Assembly: GCA_965240325.2 (NCBI GenBank)
Contig: OZ251229.1
Location: 2,170,001-2,234,000 of the forward strand
DNA from: Rebecca billardiae RCC1528
Lineage: Eukaryota > Protista > Haptophyta
DNA length: 64,000 nt
Direction of reading: 5' to 3'
Shown here: piece after piece, positions 56,614 through 64,000 of the stretch
Layout of the letters: the number at the start of each line of letters is the position of its first letter
How positions within the stretch are numbered: position 1 is the first letter of the stretch
Notes under the pieces: generated by a model
What the model saw: the letters and a program-made list of their open reading frames with translations, nothing else
What the model was told of the DNA's origin: nothing
Database searches by the model: none
Position numbers and translations under genes: made by a program

Positions 56614-58318
56614 ATGACGTCGCCCGTCCCCGCCTGGCGCGCCCTCGCGCTGCTCGCGCTCGCGCCGTTGGCGGCGCTGGCGCGCGGCACGGGTGACGGC
56701 TCATCTGCGGAGAACGCCTGCGCCGCCACGTGCACCGGCTCTGGCTTGGCGCGCAAGTGCTCCTTCACGGCCAAGCTGGACGTCTTCACCGGCGCGACTG
56801 GTTACTTTGTCTTCGAGGAGTGCGGCTCGACGCCGCAGCCCGTGCTCGAGATGGAGCGCGATGTGGAGTACACGTTCGTGCAGAACGAACCGAGCAACTG
56901 GAATCACCCGCTCGGCTTCGCGTACGGCCCCGACGGCGTGCACAAGGGCGAGGACGAGCTGTCACCGGGCATCTCCAAGACGGACGGCATGTGCGCCACG
57001 CACAACACGTGCCAGTCGCCCATGTACTACCACGGCATGTCGTTCCTCGGCGGCTCGACCCCCGCCGCGTACCCCGCCATGGGCAACGACGGCAACAACG
57101 GCGTGCACCACTACCACGGCGCGTTTGACATCAGCCGCGCCGACTGGCTCGAGAACAGGTTCGACATGGGGGCGACGGGCTACACGGTGAAGCTCACGCT
57201 CACAGACGACGAGTACGACAAGGACCTCTTCTACTTCTGCCACGTGCACAACTGGATGAGCGGGCGCATCAAGATCGTCCACCCCGACGGCGGCCTCGCG
57301 CACCCGATGGACATGCCCGCGCTCGGCTACACGATCCAGACGCCCACCGGGCTGGACACCAAGTGCGGCTCGTACGGCCTCGAGCCATACGCGGGCACCA
57401 AGGTGTGCCACGAGGGGATGTTCCTGTGCGGCACGTCGAAGAACAAGAAGCAGATGCAGTTCGGCGAGTGCCTGCACGCGATGGACTGCGCGATGCACGA
57501 GGAGATGCGCGTCGACCTGCACGAGGATGACCCACTCACCACGTTTGTGAGCACACGCGCCCCGCGCGCGCTCAGGGCGCGGCCCGGCGCCGTGATGCGC
57601 GTGCCGCGGCGGGGCGCCGCGCGCCCCCCTGAGCCGGCGCGCGCCACCCTCCCGCGTGCGCGACGCGGCTGCTCAGATGCACCAAATGATCCCCCACCAC
57701 GAGAACGCGGTCAACATGGCCAAGTCGATCCTTAAGCTCGACGTGCTCACCGCCGAGAACGATCCGAACGGCGAGCTGCAGGACATGTTCTGGTCGATCA
57801 TCAACGGGCAGAACAAGCAGATCCACCTGATGCAGCACTACCTCGCGAACGCGGAGCGCGGCACGCACTACGACGCGCACTGCAAGTTCAACAACCACGC
57901 CGCGCACAGCTGCCCGGCCGGCTGCAAGCCTGCGCCGCACAGCGCCGCGGAGCTGCTCGACCCGAGCCCACACCACCACGAGCTCTCGCTGCAGCACGCA
58001 GGCCACGGCGGCGGGCACGGCGGCCATGGCGGCGGCGGAGACGATGGCGGCGGCCACATGAACCACCGGCGGCGGCAGCGCCGCCGCCGCCGCCTGCTCT
58101 TCGGCTCGTTCAACAGCTGCCCAGCGGGCTGTGTGCCCGACGACCACACGGACATGGGCCACGGCATGGAGCACTCGGACGACGGCATGAACATGGACAC
58201 GGGCGACCACGGCGGCGGTGATCACGGTGGCGATCACAATGGCGACGACGGCATGGACATGGGCGACGGCATGGACATGGGCGACCACGGCGGCCACTCC
58301 ATGCACCGTGCGCGCTAG
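56614..58318 (+). CDS. Secreted cupredoxin-like + DUF305 (CopM-like) protein with His/Met/Gly/Asp-rich tail; exons 56614-57546, 57677-58318
   Basis: Signal peptide; NHPLGF...YFCHVHNWMSG (type-1 Cu ligand pattern); splicing restores FMHQMIPHHENAVNMAK (DUF305 signature); tail rich in GDHGG and GMDMG repeats. Confidence 0.8.
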
Positions 58319-59420
58319 CGTGGCCCTTGAGCGGGCCACATGGGACGGGCCGGTCCGCCGGTGGCGCGGACTGTGACAGGCGGTCCCGTGATCGGCGATG
58401 ATTGACACGGACGGATGAGTCTCTGCGCCTGCGGTCAGCGACAGCAGCGGCGATTCACGCGCGATGCCAACGATTTTTTTTAATAATTATTTATATTGCC
58501 GACGAGCCTCAGACTCCTGTAATCGAATGACCGAGAACGATCAACGATGAGTTACGATGAATCGAACTTGAAGCCTCTCCGTCGCCCTCTCCGCGACGAC
58601 TGCGGGTATAAATCGTCCGGTCCGGTCACACTCACTGGCACGGCGGCGCTGATGATTAAACCGTTAAACGATCCGCGCCCTAACACCACTGGTCGTCTCG
58701 CATGAATTACTACGACTAGGCATTATATATATTGAGTGAAGCCCGCCCGCGGCCGCGCGGCCGCGCCGGGCGCGCGGGCGCGGTTCTGTCTTCTTTATTA
58801 TAAGAATGAGCCGGGCCCGCGACTGCGAGCGGGTCGGACTCGGGACTGTGACTTTAAGATATATCAGAGTGTGACTATCAGTGTGAGCCCGCGCCAGCGA
58901 GTCCGACTCACGTGAGACCGCTCGCGCGGCTCGCGTCGGACCGGCCAGTCCGGACCAGGCGGACCAGTCGATTGATTGCGCCTAGCGTCTGACTGACAGC
59001 AGAGCCCAGCGGCAGCGCAGCGGATCTATACGACGACGCGGAGTTGATTGTGAGTATTATTCATAAGCTAAGCTACGGCTGAGGCCCTGACCGCGGCGCT
59101 GGTCTACGGCACGCGCCCGGAGCCCCGCGGCCAAATGTCCAATTCCGCGCGTGGCAGCGCGGACTGCAGCGGGACGACAGTCCGACGGGTTGGATGACGC
59201 CGACGGTACCGTAATCCGGAGCCGAACACCGATGAATGCGTTGCAGTCGTCGCGTCACGGCGGGCTAGCGCGACGGCCGGCTGCCCGCCTGCCAGCACGG
59301 CGCCTGGACGGCTGGACGCGCCCGCGGCGCCTGCCCACGCGCGAGTTGTCACATCAGTAAAATTGCCGCGAACATCATCGGCTGTCAGCGATGTGGGCGC
59401 GAGCCGCATCGCCGCGAGCA

Positions 59421-59699
59421 TCATCGGCGGTCAGCGATGTACATGTCCGCAAAGATCTGGCCCATGCCCATGCTCAGCGAATAGTACTTGAGCGCGCACG
59501 CCTTCAAGCACGCCTCCTCTCCGGGCAAGATGTGCTTGGTGAACGCCATGGAGTGCACGCACTCGTCGAAGCACACACGTGTGATGCGATGGTACATCTC
59601 TCGCAGCTCCTTCTCCCTGAGCGCCTCCGCCTGCTGTTGCATCCGCTGTTCAGCCGCGCGCAGCTCTTCGGGCGACGGCCCGCGGGAGAATACACCCAT
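59421..59699 (-). CDS. Mitochondrial small Tim chaperone (Tim9/Tim10/DDP family)
   Basis: Twin CX3C motif in MYHRITRVCFDECV...EEACLKACALKY. Confidence 0.85.
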   Translation of the reverse strand: MGVFSRGPSPEELRAAEQRMQQQAEALREKELREMYHRITRVCFDECVHSMAFTKHILPGEEACLKACALKYYSLSMGMGQIFADMYIADRR

Positions 59700-59804
59700 G
59701 GCTTCCCGCTTCACCGTGCTTCACGAGGAGGGTGGCACCGGACGCAAGGCCTCCGGACCTGGACGGCAAAATAATGACGACCACAAACACCGAACACGAC
59801 GAGG

Positions 59805-62201
59805 ATGCTCGCGATCCGGCGGCTGGCGCCGCGCGGCGCGCGCGCCCTGAGCGGCGGCGCATCGCCGGCGGTGTTCTGCGTGGGCACGATGGACACCAAG
59901 GCCGATGAGCTCGCCTACGTGGCCGCGCGGCTCCGTGCGCTCGGCACGAAGGAGGTGCGGCTCGTGGACGTGTCGACTCACCGCGAGGCCGCCGCGCATG
60001 CGCCCGACGTGCGCATGGCCGACATCCTAGCGCAGCACCCCCGCGCGCCCGTGACGCCGGCCGAGGTTTCGGCGATGTCGCGCGCCGACGGGATCGCCAC
60101 CATGTCCGCCGCGCTCCGCGAGTACCTCGCCGCCGCTTGCGCATCGGGCGGCGTGGCAGGCGTTCTCGGCATCGGCGGCTCGGGTGGCACCTCTCTGATC
60201 AGCGCGGCGCTGCGCGAGCTCCCCGTCGGCGTGCCCAAGCTATTGGTCTCAACGGTCGCCGCAGGCAACGTCGCGCCGTACGTCGGCCACTCGGACCTCG
60301 CCATGCTCCCGTCGGTCGTCGACGTCGCCGGACTGAACGCCGTGTCCAAGGCGGTTCTCGGGAACGCGGCGGGCGCGCTGCACGGCATGGTGAAGGCGGC
60401 GGAGGCGCGCGCGGCCGAGGGCGCGGGGGCCGCGCGCTCGACGGTCGGGCTCACCATGTTTGGCGTGACCACGCCGTGCGTCGACGCCGTGCGCGCCAAG
60501 CTCGAGGCAGACGGCATCGAAGCGCTCGTCTTCCACGCCACCGGCACGGGCGGACGTGCGATGGAGAGCCTCGTGCGAAGCGGGCTGCTCGGAGGCGTGC
60601 TCGACCTCACCACGACCGAGGTGGCGGACGAGCTGGTCGGCGGCGTGATGGCCGCCGGGCCGCAGCGGCTCGAGGCCGCCATCCGCGCGGCGCTGCCGCT
60701 CGTGCTCTCCGTCGGCGCGGTCGACATGGTGAACTTTGGCGCGCGCGACACCGTGCCGAAGCGTTTTGGAGATCGGCAGCTGTACGAGCACAACGCGGAG
60801 GTGACGCTGATGCGCACGTCCGTCGAGGAGAACGAGGCGATCGGCGCGTTCATCGGCTCGAAGCTGTGCGCGGCGTCGGCGCCCGTGGCGGTGCTGCTCC
60901 CGGAGAAGGGCGTCTCCGCGCTCGACGCGGAGGACATGCCGTTTCACGACCCGCGCGCGACGGCAGCGCTCTTCAGCTCGCTCGAGGGCGCGCTCGCTCG
61001 CGCCGGGCCCAACGCGCACGTGAGTGTGGAGCGGCTGCCGCTGCACATCAACGACCCGGAGTTCGCTGAGGCGGCGGTGCGCGCATTCGCGCGCGTCGGG
61101 GGCGGCGTCGAGAAGAGCGCGCGCGCGAGCGCACCCGCCTCATCGCAGTCCTCGCGGAGCACCGCCGCCGGCCGCCGCGCGGCGCCGGGCCCGCCCGCCG
61201 ACCTTGATCCGTCGAGCCCGCGCGGCGCGATCCTTCCGAGACTGCACGCGCTCGTCGGCCGCGGCGAGCCGATCATCGGCGCGGGCGCGGGCACGGGGAT
61301 CAGCGCGAAGGCGGAGGAGGCCGGTGGCGCGGACCTGATCGTGATCTATAACTCAGGACGCTTCCGGATGGGCGGCCGCGGCAGCCTCGCGGGCCTGCTC
61401 CCCTTCGACGACGCCAACCGCGTCGTCGAAGAGATGGCGGCAGAGGTGCTGCCGGTCGTGCGGCGCGCGCCCGTGCTCGCGGGCGTGTGCGGCACCGACC
61501 CCTTCCGCGACATGCCGCGCTTCCTCGAGCGGCTACGAGGCATGGGCTTCGCCGGCGTGCAGAATTTCCCGACGGTGCGCGCGCCGCGCCCGGCGCGCGC
61601 GCGCGAGGGTGCGCCGGCAGGGCGGCGGCGGTCCGGAGGGCCGCGGCGCCCCGCCTGAGAGCTCGCGCGCGCGCCGCGCCGCGCTCGGCTGTGCACGCCC
61701 GCGCGTGCGCGTCCATGCGCGCAGGTGGGGCTGTACGACGGCAAGTTTCGTCAGAACCTGGAGGAGACGGGGATGGGCTTTGGGCTCGAGGTGGAGATGA
61801 TCCGTCAGGCGCGAGCGCTCGGGCTGCTCACGACGCCCTACGCGTTCGACGCCGACGAGGCGGCGGCGATGGCGGAGGCGGGCGCAGACGTCGTCGTCGC
61901 CCACGTTGGCCTCACCACGTCTGGCACCATCGGCGCGTCCACGGCGATGAGCCTGGAGGCGGCGGCGGGCGCGATCCAGCGCATGGCCGACGCCGCGCGC
62001 CGCGCGAACCCGCACTGCCTCGTGCTCTGCCACGGCGGGCCCGTGGCGCTGCCCGCCGACGCGCGCTGGGTCCTCGCCAACACGCGCGGCGTGCACGGCT
62101 TCTACGGCGCGTCCTCGATGGAGCGGTTGCCGGTCGAGACCGCGATCGCCGAGTGCGTGCGCGAGTTCAAGGCCATTCAGCTGCCGCCGGACGAGGCTTG
62201 A
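59805..62201 (+). CDS. Tm-1-like fusion protein (UPF0261 ATP-binding domain + TIM-barrel PEP-hydrolase-like domain); exons 59805-61574, 61725-62201
   Basis: N domain: [60 protein letters not shown] domain: [52 protein letters not shown]. Confidence 0.93.
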
Positions 62202-62401
62202 GCCGGCGGGACTGCGTCGTGGTCCGGGCGCAGCAGCCACGGAACCTTCACGCACGCTCTGACAATGAGCGAAGCGATATGCTGCAGCGTGACAGTCACG
62301 AGTCGGACATAACTTTACTAGCCCCACGCTAGTAGTCGTACCTTACTGCTTACTAATAAGGATAAGAGACGCACACCGTTAGTAGAGCTCAGGCTCGGAC
62401 A

Positions 62402-62436
62402 AATTCTATGATTTAAAGACACAGGCACGAGGGCGC
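62402..62436 (+). repeat. 35 bp dispersed repeat, copy 2
   Basis: Identical to 12173-12207. Confidence 0.9.
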
Positions 62437-62739
62437 AGCTCTCCTGATTCGTCTGTAGTGGTACTGGTCGAAGCTTGCAGCAGTGGCAGTGGTGTGAGCG
62501 CGTTGATGTTGGTCCCCATGGCGCATGTCGTTGTTGTCGTCGTCCGGACGTCGTCAGGCCCACCAGGAAGTGCATGGGTACGAAATCAAAGGCGAGTGAG
62601 CATGTTGGCGTCGGCCAGGCCGTCCCCTACTTGGTCAGCAGCTGGTGCGGATGATGTCGTCGCCTACTTGGTCAGTGGCAGGTCATGGTGGACGATGGTG
62701 TAGCCTGTTCTTGGTCAGCAGCTGGTGGATGATGTTGTG

Positions 62740-63678
62740 GCCGAAGTTAGTAGTAGTTGGACTCGATCGCCTGATTTGGTAGTAGTTGGACTCGCCGAAG
62801 TTGGTAGTAGTTGGACTCGCCGAAGTTAGTAGTAGTTGGACTCGATCGCCTGAGTTAGTAGTAGTTGGACTCGCCGAAGTTGGTAGTAGTTGGACTCGCC
62901 GAAGTTAGTAGTAGTTGGACTCGCCTGAGTTAGTAGTAGTTGGACTCGCCGAAATTGGTAGTAGTTGGATTCGCCGAAGTTAGTAGTAGTTGGACTCGCC
63001 GAAGTTAGTAGTAGTAGTTGGACTCCCCGAAGTTAGTAGTAGTTGGACTCGCCGAAGTAGTAGTTGGACTCGCCGAAGTTAGTAGTAGTTGGACTCGCCG
63101 AAGTTAGTAGTAGTTGGACTCACCGAAGTTAGTAGTAGTTGGACTCGCCGAAGTTAGTAGTAGTTGGACTCGCTGAAGTTAGTGGTAGTTGGACTCGCCG
63201 AAGTTAGTAGTAGTTGGACTCGCCGAAGTTAGTAGTAGTTGGACTCGCCGAGGTTAGTAGTAGTTGGACTCGCTGAAGTTAGTGGTAGTTGGACTCGCCG
63301 AAGTTAGTAGGAGTTGGACTCGCCGAAATTGGTATAGTAGTTGGACTCGCCGAAGTTAGTAGTAGTTGGACTCGCCGAAGTTAGTAGTAGTAGTTGGACT
63401 CCCCGAAGTTAGTAGGAGTTGGACTCGCCGAAGTAGTAGTTGGACTCGCCGAAGTTAGTAGTAGTTGGACTCGCCGAAGTTAGTAGTAGTTGGACTCGCC
63501 GAGGTTAGTAGTAGTTGGACTCGCCGAGGTTAGTAGTAGTTGGACTCGCCGAAGTTAGTAGTAGTTGGACTCGCCGAGGTTAGTAGTAGTTGGACTTGCC
63601 GAAGTTAGTAGTAGTCATGGACTCGCCGAAGTTAGTAGTAGTTGGACTCGCCGAAGTTAGTAGTAGTTGGACTCGCCG
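62740..63678. repeat. 25 bp tandem minisatellite, consensus GCCGAAGTTAGTAGTAGTTGGACTC, about 37 copies
   Basis: Head-to-tail units with small variants (extra or missing AGT, TTGG vs TTAG, GATC insertions) and no unique spacers. Confidence 0.97.
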
Positions 63679-63757
63679 TCGGGGACTGGTTCCGGTACTT
63701 GTGGGGGATGGTCGTGTCTCTGCTGGGCCTGGTGGTTCTGGTTGAGCTCGTCCTCCT

Positions 63758-63780
63758 CCCCCCCCCCCCCCCCCCCCCCC
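63758..63780. repeat. Poly-C homopolymer (23 nt)
   Basis: Direct reading. Confidence 0.95.
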
Positions 63781-64000
63781 GGCGCTTGGGCAGTTCCCCC
63801 ACCCTCCCCAGCAGGGGCCTCTGGCCAGCCTGAGTTCTGCCTGCGGGCCTGTGGCCTCAGTGGGCCTGACCTGGCCGTGCCCTTGGGACTGTGGTCCTGT
63901 AATGGCCTCTCCAGTGAGAGATGACCCTGGTCTGTCCGAGTGCGCCCGCTGCCAGCCTGGTGGCCACTTGGGGCCAGGGTAGCACCTCAATGTGCAGCGG

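Noticed and set aside
62740-63678. CRISPR array
   Set aside because: Units are contiguous with no unique spacers, there are no cas genes, and the context is eukaryotic.
63580-63990. ORFs overlapping the poly-C run and minisatellite
   Set aside because: The translations simply reflect the repeats (poly-Gly/Pro, PTTTNFG).
1-64000. tRNA, rRNA or transposase/reverse-transcriptase genes
   Set aside because: None recognised by eye. A covariance-model search would be needed to exclude small ncRNAs.

Overview
This is a gene-dense, very GC- and CpG-rich eukaryotic nuclear region. I infer an alga with a complex plastid, haptophyte/Pavlovales-like, from the signal-peptide-bearing ChlH and fibrillin genes and the short (GC)n-rich spliceosomal introns. 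About 23 protein genes were reconstructed by hand with 28 introns. They include a partial SDR, an ALDH22A1/MSC7-type aldehyde dehydrogenase, a DUF6940-like protein, pentafunctional AROM, Mg-chelatase H, GT47, a NEK6/7 kinase, ZMAT2/Snu23, fibrillin, a GT-like/TPT/GT61/methyltransferase block, RPB2, a cupredoxin-DUF305-His/Met protein, a small Tim and a Tm-1-like fusion. Non-coding features are a TIR-bounded 620 bp element, TA microsatellites, a 35 bp dispersed repeat and a 25 bp minisatellite near the right end. The standout is an intronless 2020 aa single-pass receptor (4980-11042, minus strand). It has two extracellular Venus-flytrap domains, one TM helix and a cytoplasmic HopQ1/XopQ-type nucleoside-hydrolase domain followed by a degenerate second copy, which suggests a 'receptor nucleoside/nucleotide hydrolase'. 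All family assignments come from motif recognition; no database search was run.
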